A stretch of 62,329 bases of DNA, the filler included, from Sphacelaria rigidula (Eukaryota): assembly GCA_964200075.2 (NCBI GenBank). It is 5 parts of 5 records of this genome, joined end to end, with 100 filler letters (N's around TTAATTAATTAA, not from the genome) between each part and the next. Parts side by side here need not be neighbours in the genome. Positions count along the whole stretch, not along the records: positions 1 to 12,387 come from CAXNAA020003830.1; positions 12,488 to 24,873 come from CAXNAA020003831.1; 3 more parts are not named here. The stretch is one strand, 5' to 3'. Under the pieces are notes generated by a model. That model did not search any database. It was not told the origin of the DNA and saw only the letters and a program-made list of their open reading frames with translations. This document shows positions 1-13,379 of this stretch, piece after piece (the first letter of the stretch is position 1; the number at the start of each line of letters is the position of its first letter). Both the position numbers and the translations under genes were made by a program.

Positions 1-185
1 TTTAACCGTTTTTTTTTGTCGTTACTTCTTAAAAAAAAAACGTTTCCCTGAAATACTTAAATGAGATACTACGAAAAAAATAATAAAATGAGGAGCCGCC
101 GCCAACCAGCAACCGAACGATTATCAACGCCCGTTCAGTTAATACTTGATTTCCTGTTTTTATATATTTTTTCGCGTTCATCAAG

Positions 186-3100
186 CGGCGACGCCACGTT
201 GTCAATATTTGACCTGAGGCAGCGCAAGGTGGAGGGACGCGTGACGAACCAAGAGGATGAGCTCTTGTCGCTTCAGATCATGAAGGTGGGATGCCGAACG
301 TTTTTTTTGTTTTTTAACAAGCGAAGTGTCAGTGTTTTACCATGGGGAAAAATGAAGCCAAAATATACGACGAAAACACAGGAGAATCACACACACTTCC
401 GGAGTTTTCCCCATATTATGCACGTTTCGAACACTTGTCATGACATGGTCCATCGTGTTTTTTTGCCGTATTTCAAGGGATGTCCTCGGAACCAGCTGTG
501 CATAGCTGAGGCAGCACCGGACATGCCCTGCAGTGGTACTTCCCGCAGTGAAAGGATACCATCAACATTTCTCCGCGCTGTCGACGCTTTGTTTGTTATT
601 GTGTTAGTGTGATGGTGTGTTAGATGTCCAGGGCGTCCTATTATTGAGACGACAATCATCGTGTTTTGGACAACCAAGGCCGGCTACAGTTATCAGGTAT
701 CCATCTCCGGGCGCTCTAAACGTTAGTTGTGTCGAACCCTGACAGTTGTCACACTTCGCAATTTTCCATGTCTTGTTTGTTTTTGCGGTACCCAGGCAGC
801 TAGCTGTAGTAGCTTCTTGTCATTGATGATTGATGATTCCAGAAGCACATACAGCAGAGAGTTTCGACAGCAACTAACCTTTGCCTCAGGGCTTCCTTCG
901 ATCGGCTGTCAATGAAGCAGTTTTCAAAGCCGTTTCTCACGACTCTGGAAACGTACTGATGGGTTTTACTCCAAGATTGGGACGCCCGCCCGCGTGATGC
1001 TTGCCATGATGCATTTGGTGCACGAAACAGCGGCCGCTGTACTGATGAATGTCTGCAGCTATTTACTGTCTGTACTGCTCAGGCTCCTACTTGAATGTAC
1101 TGCACAGTGCTATGAGCTGCTGCACTGCATAACCGTACATGTATGTAGCATGTTGTTGTGGTTTCTTCGTGCGTGTATGTAGCATACAGCTGTATGCTGC
1201 CGGTACTGTTGCGGTAGACCGTGCACTGCATGTACTGTTCGCACAGCTAGCTGCAGAATATTTGACGGGCATTTAAAATAAACTCCGTTCCCGACGAATT
1301 TCGGTCTCTCCGACATCAATATACTTCCTGCGACGGAATTTGCAGAAAATGTTCCGGATCTCACAGGACTTTCTTCCCAACAACGATCCATGAACGGTTT
1401 CAGAAAAACTCATACCGTTTCTTTTAGTTGTCGTGTTTTGGGCTCGATTTTTCAGTTTCGGGGCATTTGGCCCAAGTTTTGTTCCCCAAACAGGGAATAT
1501 CGCCATAACATGTCTTGGTCACGTTGCATCATCCCACCGAGAGGACTCTAGCCCACGTTTCCGATTCACTTGGTCCGAGAGTTCAACACGTCTTTGAACG
1601 AAAATCCAAGTGGATATAAAAAAAATGTGCGCACGTGTAGAAATAGTGAAAAATCACTACAGAAACCTGCCGACACCGCATTTTTCAAGGTCTAGTTAAT
1701 TGATGCTCTCGAGTGTGAAGGAAGCGTTTGGGATCTTACCTGCGTTGCCACCGGGTGTCTCCATGTTTCACAGCATGTACTCGACTTGTTGCCCCGCATG
1801 ACATGTGTCATGCCACTTGACCATACCACTACGACGTGTTACGTAGTAGCTGATGTGGAGCGGTCAGCTGCGTCGTAGCGAGCCTCGTTGTCTCGCCCCA
1901 TCTCGATCACTTCAGTCCAAAACCCCAAGGCCAAGGCACATGGTGAAATCTCGGCCCCGTGTTTCTCGCGTATGCTATAGACCACGCAGTCCAACCACCC
2001 CGGATCCATCAGTCTTGGAGTAGACATCTTCATCTGCGGCAACATCAATTTTTTTTACGGTCGTCATACTATTAGTCGCTCCTCATCACGAGTCGGTGTT
2101 CTAAGGAGATTAGCCCATCCCTCCCCCGATGCCTGCGCGAAATTTTTATGGAGATGTGGATCAGTACCCTCCACACCCTGCTGGCTCGTGTTGGGCTATA
2201 TTTGCCACTCGCGTCCTCACACATTTAATGACGGGAGCCAGCTTCTAGGCTCAAACCTGGGTAACATGGTTTTGAAAAAGTTACACACCCCGCGAGATAA
2301 CCAGGGTAAACTATACAATATTCGTGGAGTGTCAAGGTGCAGAGCAGATGAGTAGATGAGTAGATGGAATGGTGGGCACGTACGTACAGAGTAGAAGAGT
2401 ACACATAATTTGTACAGTGTAGGGATGCAGAGCTGACGGGTTCGATACGACAGAGGTACAGACTGTAGCGCATGTTGAGTAATTTCACATGCCTAGCCGC
2501 TGGCTGCAAAATGTCCATGTGAGTCCATTTCACGCCTGACGCCTTATGCAAACCTTTTTTCTCGATTCTTACAAGGCCGCCGCCGCCCGGTGGTCCAAAT
2601 GAAAAGGGTGTAACGATAACCAGTTAGGGCGGAAGGCTGCGGGCTCCAATCTCGACAGATCCGGTATTGTCGAGCTAACGTTACCGTTCCTATCTCGTGT
2701 CCCATCCGTTACTCCGTGTTGACATGGACATGGGCGCGGACATCGACACGGTGGTGGTTGATGGGTCACGATTGTGGATATGGGCAGAACGGATCTCGAG
2801 CTGTGTGCGGCACTCAAAACGGCGTGCTCGTCAGCTGGCCCTGGGGCACTTGGGGCGACCGGTCGAACCGTTTCAGAGGTGAGAGCTAGCGCGACAAAAG
2901 ATATAGATGAATGCATAGGCGGGGAGATGGAGGAAGAGAGGTAGTAGCATAAGTATCATATATACAGATACAATACGGTGACAGACAGCGAGGGAGAGAG
3001 GGAGAGAGGGAGAGAGGGAGAGAGGGAGAGCCTTGTTGCACTTGGTCGTGGACTGGCTGATCTATTTCGCATTGAACATGATGCAGGACGGTAATAGTTT

Positions 3101-6100
3101 GTGGTGCTGCAAGACGACACGATGTTCAAATGGATGCCGTGGCTTGGATCAGATGATTGTCGGGTCCGATCGGTAGCAGTGTTGTCACTTTGCTTGTTTC
3201 CATCAGACAAATACGACTCGCAGAGGATAGTTTGTGCACGACAATACGGGTGGAAAAAATCGTTGCATCTTTTCCATATTCCGGAACTTGACTGGGTGGA
3301 CGGGAGCGACAAACAGAAGCGACGATGAACTTCCACCAAGTTTTATGGCTCGCAGGGTATAGCACTAGGTCGGTCAGACATTTGCATCCCTTGCGGGATG
3401 CGTCGAGTTTTGCTTTTCCATCTCCATCAATAACTGGTGGTCTTGACGCAACGTACGACCGTTGTTGTGACTTTCAACGATTTTTTTTCTGTTGTGGCAA
3501 GGTCATCCGCATTCTGTGGACACGTTGCTGAAGCTTGACGAAGACACTGTGCTCACGGGCTCCAGTGACGGCATCATCAGGTGTGAATTTGATTTGACAT
3601 TTAACCCTGCAGGGGTCGGAGGTCCTTTACGAAAAAACCAAATTCCATCGAAGGTTGGTCTTGTTGTTCCATGGCATATTAGAATGGAAATGCCTGACTA
3701 CAGTATACGATTCTGAAGCCCATATAATGGCGCAAACGAGCTGATCTGAGACTACAGAACTCGGAATAATGCGATTTAGATCACTCAGGTCAACTTCAGA
3801 TCGCTCAAATCAGACAGTCATCCGAATTTTAAAAATCGCGTGTGCGTACGCTCAAGAGGACTACGGCCACTTTCTCACATCCGGGTAAGTGCATGCATGT
3901 AGAGGGTTGGATACGACGGCTTCCAAATCCCCGCTTTTGGGCATACTTGAGGGGAATTCCGTGCTTTTGTGTTTACTCATGCCGCTGCTTGACGCATGGT
4001 GCACACGGGGAAAAGGTGGCAATGATTCGCAAGGGAAAATATAATGAATCTCGTTCACGCACCTAAGGCTGAAGAAAACAGGGTTGTCTGGTAACCTGCA
4101 CATATTAACGTTGTCTACCCGGTACCTGGCTCTTCGCACATGTATGTAATGGATATTTAGCTAGGGGGTAGCATACACCGCAACCTACGGTAACGTTGAT
4201 GCTTTGAAACGTGTTGAAAAGCTGTTTTATCCGACAAGGTTGCATGCGCATTTTCGCAATGCATTCCATCGTCAAATACACAAAAGCGTTAGGGATGCAC
4301 AGGTCATTTATCATCATATCATGAGGCACGATAAAGCCAGGAAACGAGGTTTTCCCGGTGAACGAAATACGTTGCATTGGCATTTATTTGGTCGATTTGG
4401 ATGCTGTATACCCTCGACCTCTCGGGCACCGGATCCCATTTCGGAGAAATATCGCCGACAGGCATTCAACGCGTGTAACTCCGGCGCTGTGGCTGTGGCT
4501 GTTGCTGTGGCTGTTGCTGTGGCTGAGCATCTCATCTCTGTTTGCGGCCACCACCCTCAATATCGACACGCGGTTCGTGCAGTGGTGTTTGAGCTATGAC
4601 TGAAGCAATATGATTTCACGGTAGCAGTTATTTCCCAGATTACGCCAGTTTTCCACCTGGAATCTATCCGAAAGAGTCTGGCATCGAGCCAAGCGTCGAA
4701 AGGGTTGAGACTACTTCTTATGAGAACGAGAACGTTCTCCTTTGGGAACCGTGCCTGTATTGGCCCCTCGGCAACGTGTTTCGCGTGAAAAAGGAGCGGG
4801 CCAGACGGATGTTGCCACCCCGGCCTGACTAAGTCTGCTGCTTGCTCAAACGATTCAGCACACTTCCGACGAATCCTCAGTCTGCCTGTGCACACGTGCG
4901 GCGCAACCCGTGATCGATGCAGACGAGAAATTAGACGAAAACATGCAGATTGGATTCACTGCTGCGCATTATTTCTTCTGAGATATTCTGCGTCGTGCAG
5001 CTCTTGCAAAGCCAGGCCAGAAACGCGGGAATGAAAAATCTACCCAGCACCCATGGATAGGCTAGACACATGTGCGGCCTCTGGTGAAGGTCTGATCAGA
5101 TATTACCTCACACGTTCTGGTCGCGCCATCTTCAAAGTTCCATCGATTCTTGTGCGTTTGAATTTTTCGAGGGGGAATAAAAATGGACATCCGGTGAAGG
5201 AAACCGCACTGTATCAAAGCGCAAGCACACAGAATAGTATACACTGAATGTACAGCGTAACTACATGCATTGGTGTCGCGTTTTCCCTCAGCATAAAAAA
5301 CAACCATATTTCGGCCTAGCCGTCAAACCTTGAACCTTGGTGTGATGCGATTGCGTACCTGTCCGTCTTTTCTAGCTATGCTGTTGTGGTCAAAAACTGA
5401 TGCGCTGCACTGCTTTTTGAAGTTATATATATATATACACACAAGGTTCCACTTCGGGAGGTTGGTACTGGCCTCCCGGGGGTGACGCAAGTCGATAATA
5501 TACCAGTGTTATTCCTTTTTCATATTTTGGAGGCAATTGTGTGGGATAATATGCACCTTCCAGTAGATACTGTCACATTCCGCAGTTTTAATCGTCTCAG
5601 ACCAAGAGTGGCGGGAAGAGCGGTGGGCACTTCCAGCATGAAGAGCTTGTTCCACGGGTGGTGTGCGGAGGTGGAAAAAACACCATCACGCGCGAGACCC
5701 GTCACAGCACACATGGCTAATGAGATACTGGAATAAGGTCGCGTCCCGGTAGTACACGGCGAACTTGTGCAGGGTTATCTAAATGTCGGCCCGACCCCGC
5801 GCGCACGGATTTCGAATCACACTTGCATACAGTTATGGGCGCGCCTGACCCCCCAAAATGAGCAAAAACAGTGTCACCGACCAAAAAGACGAACAGACAC
5901 GAACAGACCGACTTCTGGGGCTTATCCAGGCTCGTGGGGTAAAATGTGGCTTACGTCATCGGAAGAGAACGGGATGGATCCAAAATTCATATCAAGAAAG
6001 AGAGTACTGCATTCAAAAATCAGAACCCTTACGTTATTTCCGTTGCTGTTCCATATATATTGCATGCCACTGGGTCGCTTTTCGTCCGCGCTTGCGATAC

Positions 6101-9100
6101 CCTGGCATGAAAGGGGGCTGGTTGGGTTGAACAAACCCAACGCACACCGAGAACACTCGGACAAGGGCAATACATACTTCCCCTGCAGATATATGTATGA
6201 TACTGCTCGTTGTCTGTGTACCACCCCTCGCTCTGTCACATCTAGTACAGCGGTCGGTGTTGCAGCTAAGTGTGCATTTGCCCTAGGTGGCGCACGCAAG
6301 AGTAATAGGCCGCCTCTGCCGCTGTAATTCCTGTCTGTTTCTTGAGCGGATGGTAACACAGCCGCTATGGCGCGCAAGCCGACTGTAACAATTCATACCG
6401 CGTGGAGATTTCTACACTGTCTTGAAGTCATACTGCGCGCAGTTTCCACTTTTGTGCGAGTATTGTGCATGTCGAAGAAGGCAATAGCTTCTATACTGTG
6501 CACAGTACATGCTTTTAAATTGTATACTGACTGTAGAAAGCTCTTGTCCGGGGTGTAATACATTTCCATACACATCAGGCGGTGAGATCGTGAAATCATC
6601 CACAGCACATGGCCGAAGTGGAAGTGAGGCAATCACCGAAATATTCGCGTGCAAAAGCTGTGCGGCCGTACTCTAAGTTGATAACGCTAGAAGAACATCA
6701 GTGCAACGGCCATTCCGGCTGTCGGCCTGTTTGCACGGCCGTCCCGGTAGTGATAGGATTTTCTGTACCGGGATGTCGCCCCCAGTGCCAGGTACGCCGG
6801 CAAGGGCCCGTGGCATTACCCACTGGTCGCGCGACAGGAGCTTAATCTTCGACTGTCGAGGTTTTTTAAGCGGAGATGTTCAGATTCCAACCCTCATATA
6901 TATAGCGCACCATAAACGATGCTTGTTTGCTGGGTTTCTTCGAGCGTTCATCCATAACTGGGCGAAGATTGATGATGAGGCCGGCAGGATCCGTCGCAGC
7001 CTACGTGCTCAACTGTCACTGCACCCACTCTATCTAGCCGTCATCAGACAGCAGGGTGTTGAAAAATTTAAATCCCACGCACCGTGGGTATCCACCGTAT
7101 CAATGCACACCGGGCCATCAGCGACTTCCCCTGCTGCAGCTGTGACTATGACCCCTTCCTCTAATACCAATCTACACATTCGTCAGTGTTATTCACCATG
7201 CTTTTGTGGGTTGTTATGTTCGCATAATTGGGGCACACATTACGCAGATATGACCATGTTAGAGGCTTCACGTCAAACCTAAATGATCTCAGATCATTCG
7301 ACTTGTGTTTGCTGCTGACTGGGTCAAGGCAATGTCCAGCTGTTTTCAACTGCTTTGCTCTCATATTCTCGTGACATTCGGTGCATAACCGCTGTCTCCG
7401 TGTTCCCAAATCATCGAGAACGCAAAGAAAATCACGGTAAAAAAATACCCCGCCATGAGCGGGCTTTTGTGGTTCTTGTTTGAAGTTTCCCACGACCTTG
7501 GTAAGGCTTTTGCGGTTCGGGATCGACACCCCGCGAAAAAGAGCCAGTGTGGGCGACTTTTGATGGCTAGAACACGCGCCACAGGTATTACATGGCACCC
7601 AAACCAGAACGGTGATGTACCGCTGTGCCTTCTTCGTGCACTGCAAAAGAAAGCGCGGGATAAAATGCCTTGCCGCCGGAGAAAACTCGGCAAAAGTGGT
7701 TAAAATTGTGAAATGATGATACATGTACACACGTAGTTTACCTGCTTAGTGTCACCGTTGTTTGAACGTGCAGCACGGTAGCTGCAAACAACGACAGGCA
7801 AGGCGCGATGAAGTTTGCCCATCGAGTTATGTGCGCTTGTGTGTTGTGTCGGTCTGTGGGTGCGGGCAAACAGGCTTGGTGCAGGTTGATCTGACAGGTG
7901 GGGAAAAAGCGAATACTTGTTTTCAAGTAACTGCCGTGTCCATTCTCATTGTGTTTTCGAGTGATTTACTGCACGTCGTGCCTTCCATGATGCCTTGGCG
8001 ATGCCATGTGCGAAGGCGCGGTTAGAATCAAGCTGCAATCGACGCACCGTGCTTGGTCACGCCATGGTCGTGGTGTGGTATTCTCCACAGGAAAATCGCA
8101 AATTCGGACGTACAGTGAGCTGAAACACCATTTCACTTCGTTTTTTTTTTTTTCGGATTGTATGCGGTGCAAGGCGAAGCCAGGAAATAGGTACAAGCTT
8201 TACAGCTCCAAATAATGAACGGGTTGGATGCATTTTTGTTTTTCAAGGACTAGATTCAAATTCTGTACATCTGCCGTTACTAAATTGTTCTGGTATCATC
8301 TCGGAAGATGGAGCTTACGCAGATGACGAGATGACAATATCCTGTCTGACTGTCCTGTCCGCGCGAGCAACTTGGCCAAATTGCCCAGATAGGCACTCTT
8401 CGGTGGAAGAAAAGACGTGAACGTTTTTAGCACAGGTGGTTTATTAGTAGGACTCGATTTTCTTCACTTTTTTTTTCCTTTTCTGTTCTATGTTTTTTTA
8501 TTTCATCTTCATTGCAACTTGCTTCCGTCAGGGTGGTGAGCGTCCTGCCCGACAACTTCCTCGGGCTTCTGGGGGATCACGAGGATTTCCCGGTCGAGTC
8601 GATTAAGGTGATTGAATGATGTCTCGACTTTAAACGTATGCCTAACAGCTATGGTGGTTCGCGATGAAGGCGATGAAATGTTGGAGAACCGCAGCTTTGT
8701 GATGACGAAAAAGGGTGCGTGGAGGTTGGTGGCTGCCGTTTCATGGCGAATACCGTACCATGAAAACATGAAAAAATCTAAATTTATGGCGCTAGTGCGT
8801 TGTAGCCCTAAGACTCCAAGGACTCCACCGAATCTAGGAGAGTGTGTTCTGACGGAGAATGTGTACTGACGGGTAATTTTCGGGACTTGAATATGCCTGG
8901 TCCCTCTAGCTTTACTTGGACAGAGTGTATGTTGGTAACACCTTTCAACCCTGCTTAACGCTGCGTTGATAGGACGTTGGCTATTCTTCGAAGTATTCAA
9001 TGGTGTAGAAAACAAACAAGACAAAAACTAAAAAAATGAAGAAAAAAATGTACACAATGGCGGTGAATGGGTTCACAGAAGACAATTGATACTTGACGTA

Positions 9101-11786
9101 AAAACACCAGTAGATAGTGAGGGCACGAAGTACACAGCAGTTTCACCATGCGACTGCGCAAACCGGCCTATGTAACTCAGTACATCCATGCACGACAAGT
9201 ACAAACATAACGCACGGCTGAAGCTCTTCCCTTTTTTTATTTTCAAAAGTTATCGTTCTTCGTACTTGTACGCCTCCCCGCCCTCGTAACAGTCCATAGC
9301 CGGGCGGGATCACCACATCCTTCCCGCGGTACCGGCCTTGCACCTTACCATCGAGCATCGAATCAGGACTATCAGAACTCACCCAGCCTCGGGTACAACC
9401 CGATTGTTGACACCACACGTCTTGTTCATGGCGGAATGCGCGATGCCGGACCTCCATTGCCGGGTAGCAACACTCTGATGTTCTTCCTGCTGTCCAAAGT
9501 GTGGAGTCCCGGATGGTTCACGATTTTCATTTGGTTGGGATAGCGTTGCTCCATCGTACCTTAACCCTCCCCCCCTCCCTCCAATTTCCTGGGGAAGAGC
9601 CTCGAGTTTTCAGGAGTAAACCCATGTCTCTCCCGGGCTTGGCGTTGTAAAATAGTGGTCGGTGTCGTCATGAATCACCCATTGTAGCTGGGTAATATCG
9701 TTTTCATGGCATGTCACAAGATGGGAGTGTGTACACTGCACAATAATATAGTCCCACGGAATGGATGGAATGGTTCTGGGGACGATGACTGCCCCACGCA
9801 CTTGATTTTCTCCGCCATAATTCGACGTCCACCCAAGAAATGCTGACCGCGGTTTGGCGCTGGTCGCTTTGAGATCGCGACGATGTAGCGATCTTGTAAC
9901 GAGCACTTCATGTGTAGTGTGTGTAGGACCTCTTTTTTGTGAATGGCATATTTTGTCCTACTGGACAGGCACTTGTGGCAAATATCCACCTGTACAGGAC
10001 GTGTAAAGGTATTCTTTACACAACCCGTCCCCCCGTCTTGGGCAGCGATCGCAAGAGCGATTGCCGTTGCTGTTTGCTTTTCAGCGTCTTTCATTCTAGT
10101 TTTTCGTGTGCACGATGGATTTTTCACCTCGCAATTCCCTCGAGATGTACGAATCGTGGATCTGCAGCGTCTCACATTGGCTGATGTTGTTGGCTGTTTC
10201 TCGGCTGTTTGGCGTTTTCCCGGGTGGCATGTTCCCCTTCTGCGTCATTTTGGTGGTATGTTCGCGTTCAGAAGTATTGAGTGTATCGTGTTTGTATCGT
10301 GTGTGCTTGTGTGTCCGCCCGCGTGTGTTCCTATTCCTATTCGTCCTTGTATCGTCAAAAGTTCTCTCGGGACAAGTGCTGGATCGGCAGCGTATCGCAC
10401 GACAACAAGGTAAGGTTCTGGCACGCGGAGTACCTGTTCGAAGAAGACAGTGACAGTGATGAAGAACCAGACGAACAAGGAACGAAGGGGGCTGATGGCG
10501 CTGCTGTCGGTGCCAAGAACGGTGAGGCCGGGAAGAATGGTGCATGACTACATGGCGCAAGTGGGAGATAGAAGTATACGCCTCGCACGATCATGAAATC
10601 TTGAACGCGTGTTCACATATGTATGCGATCGGTTCTTATTTGCTCAGGCTTCGGACACTGACGACTTCGGGGATCGTTCGCCGTGTGTGTGCTAGGCGTG
10701 CTAAGTGTGCTGTGCTACCACCGCGGGTTTACGTTTGCTTCGGGCAGTCTCCGGTTCGCTGCGCTCTTACCCTCTTGTTGTTGACGGTGATGATAGGGAT
10801 GTCGACAAAACTGTACCAGAAAGATATATCCTATACCCTTCCTTCTTTCGAGCACTCGGAGCAAGCACAAATGTAACGATCTCAACTTTGCCCTCCAGTG
10901 CACTCGTGCGCCGCAGCCCAGAAAGTAGGCACAGATGGCCGCAATGATGATGAGGGATGACTAGTGATGATAGGCAATGCTAGTGATGGTGATGGTTGAA
11001 TATCGGTGGGATTTGACTCGTGGCGAAGACACCGTTAGTTGCCCCCCTAGGCGCCACGCGAGGGTGGAGCTCGCAAAGCCAATCGTGTGACATAGCGTAC
11101 TGTATAGCCTGTATCGGCAAACTGGCCATACCAGCGCCAACGGCCGATATAACATTGTGAATCGTGTGGCCTCGGTACAAGAATAATGTCAGTACCGACA
11201 CAAGCCTATCGATTATGATCACAACGATAATAATGAAGAAACTGATGGAAGTCGCTGAGCCGTAGTCTGTCCCCCACGTGTTGTTGTTCTTCATTTGGGC
11301 ATGACTGCATGTGCTCGTTTTTGCGCTAGACCTTTTCCACTCGAAGCCTTGATGCAGAGGGCGGCCGTGTCTAACTGTTTCCTTGGCTTCACTCTGTTTG
11401 AACTGCCTGTTTTTCGGTTTCACTGTTCGTTATATCTTCATTTTTTCTTCGCTTTTCTTCAGCAGTTGTTCTCCGTTTTGTTTCCCTTGGGTACATCTAT
11501 CTATCTTGTGGATAATGACCACAGCTGGGTTCCCCCTTGTGGATATTGATCAGTTCATGTGTGACAAATCAATCCAATCTACCAATCAATGAAAATCATG
11601 GTGATGCGATATTTTCACACGCACGCACACGAAAAGAAAAAGCCGACGAAAAGTATGCCAGAACAATGCACGTCGCACACAACATGGTCCGCCAAAAACT
11701 TGACAGTGAAATGAAATAGTTCTCGCTCTGCAGGTGCCGCCATCTCAGGCAAGATGGATACCGACGGTGACGACGACGACGACGAC

Positions 11787-11818
<32 letters not shown>

Positions 11819-11978
11819 CAGTGATAGCGACGACAGTGACATGGGCGGTGATTCAAGAGACGTCAGTCGAAGCAGCGGCAAGGGCAAGAAGGGCAAGAAG
11901 GGAAAGGGGGGCAAAGGCGGACGACGGGCGAGAGCCGGGCTGCCCACCGCCGCGGAGGCGTTTTTCGCCGATTTATGA
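186..11978 (+). CDS. WDR55: WD repeat-containing protein 55 / JIP5-like (nucleolar WD40 protein); 5'-partial, six exons
   Basis: Exons 186-285, 2788-2878, 3502-3580, 8532-8607, 10362-10521 and 11734-11978 have AG acceptors, GT donors and consistent phases (0,1,2,0,1). They splice to SGDATLSIFDLRQRKVEGRVTNQEDELLSLQIMK-NGSRAVCGTQNGVLVSWPWGTWGDRSNRFR-GHPHSVDTLLKLDEDTVLTGSSDGII-RVVSVLPDNFLGLLGDHEDFPVESIK-FSRDKCWIGSVSHDNKVRFW..., then an acidic poly-Asp tail, a Lys/Gly-rich segment and C-terminal FFADL*. These match WDR55/JIP5 motifs as I recall them. The N-terminal exons lie outside the contig. Confidence 0.9.
2989..3030. repeat. (AGGGAGAG)n octamer repeat
   Basis: About five copies in a WDR55 intron. 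Confidence 0.9.
4486..4525. repeat. (GCTGTG/GCTGTT)n hexamer repeat
   Basis: Seen directly, intronic. Confidence 0.85.
7290..7640 (-). pseudogene. Possible Ty1/copia RT relic inside a WDR55 intron
   Basis: 'GNFKQEPQKP...FLCVLDDLG' resembles GFKQS..DPC...LYVDDL. Weak. Confidence 0.25.
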
Positions 11979-12387
11979 AGGTGTGACCGATGAGTAGAGC
12001 ATGATGGATGTGCGTGCGACTACAATCATCGAGCGAACGTGCGTCTGAATGGATTTGATTTTTGTGCGAGAAGCTTGATCAATCTCTTCATTAGCGATAA
12101 TGAACGGTATTCTGTACGCAAACATGTATGTAGGACGATAACACACCGGAGGATGGTAAGGCGGAGGAAAATCACTTTTGTGAAGGAACCTGTTCCCCCA
12201 CAACTTTCCAGCATCGAAGAGTGAGCAACAAAGTAAAGCATGTCCTCGACTCAAAATTCGTCAGCATGAAAATGTTTCGGGAGGAGGAGGGGGGGGGGGG
12301 GGGGGGAGATTAACCACAGCGCTTTTCGAGGGGCCGCGGGGGGGCTGGATTTCAAGCGTCCTCCTACCCTGCTTGCATAAAAAAACC

Positions 12388-12487
12388 NNNNNNNNNNNNN
12401 NNNNNNNNNNNNNNNNNNNNNNNNNNNNNNNTTAATTAATTAANNNNNNNNNNNNNNNNNNNNNNNNNNNNNNNNNNNNNNNNNNNN
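12388..12487. other. Artificial contig linker N44-TTAATTAATTAA-N44
   Basis: Seen directly. TTAATTAATTAA places stop codons in all six frames. Confidence 0.98.
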
Positions 12488-13379
12488 GAGAGAACCTCCC
12501 AGCCGACGGTCATTCACCACCGTAAGAGGGAGAAATACTACCTCAAACCGCGCCATACACCCCCCAGATGCAAGGCGCTATGCCAGATTATGCGCAAAAA
12601 AATGGTCGTGTCGGGTTTCGAATGTGTGACCTCTGTAATAAGAGGCGGTTCTACAAGTTTGACCACCGGGTGCCACACGAAAAATTGGATGCTGTGGGTA
12701 ATTCGGAGAGTTAGGCGATGAAATTTCGACACAACCTTTTTATCATCACTACGCACAACATTTCTGGAGGTGCATCCGTATTTCTATTTTTTTTCTTTCA
12801 CGGAGTTATAGAATTTTTCTAGTTTTTGCAAAAATTTCAAATCGCTCAAACTTCCTTCTTTTTTTTTTCTTCAATGCACCTCGAGAAACGCTGTGCGTCG
12901 TGACGATAAAAATGTTGTGTCAAAATTTCAGTGCCGAACTCTTCGAACTACCAACAGCATCGCCAAAATACTTTCAAAAATCACTGTAGGCTGGCCCCGC
13001 CTGTAGCAGTTATGGTCGCCAGCGTGCACCATCTGCAATTCAGGAAAGCATGTACCCCACGAATACAGCTCAGCGAAGACACATACATACAAGCACCTGA
13101 CATATGTCGCAAAACCAGCAAGGGAGTCTCTAGTACTAATTTCTATACATATGCGCAACATCTACATGTTCATGAAAAAAAGCAGTTTCACTTTGAAAGA
13201 AACAGCTGTTCTGAACCACAACTGTGCCATAGGTCACCTGGGGTAATCGGCGGGAGGGTTGGAGCCTGAGGGTTGAGCGCTCTGACAAGTACTTGCTGGC
13301 GCCTTGTCTTTCGGTGTATATATTTTCAAGTACCTATATCTTCATTTGGAGAAAGAAAACACGGAGACATTTCTCGTAC

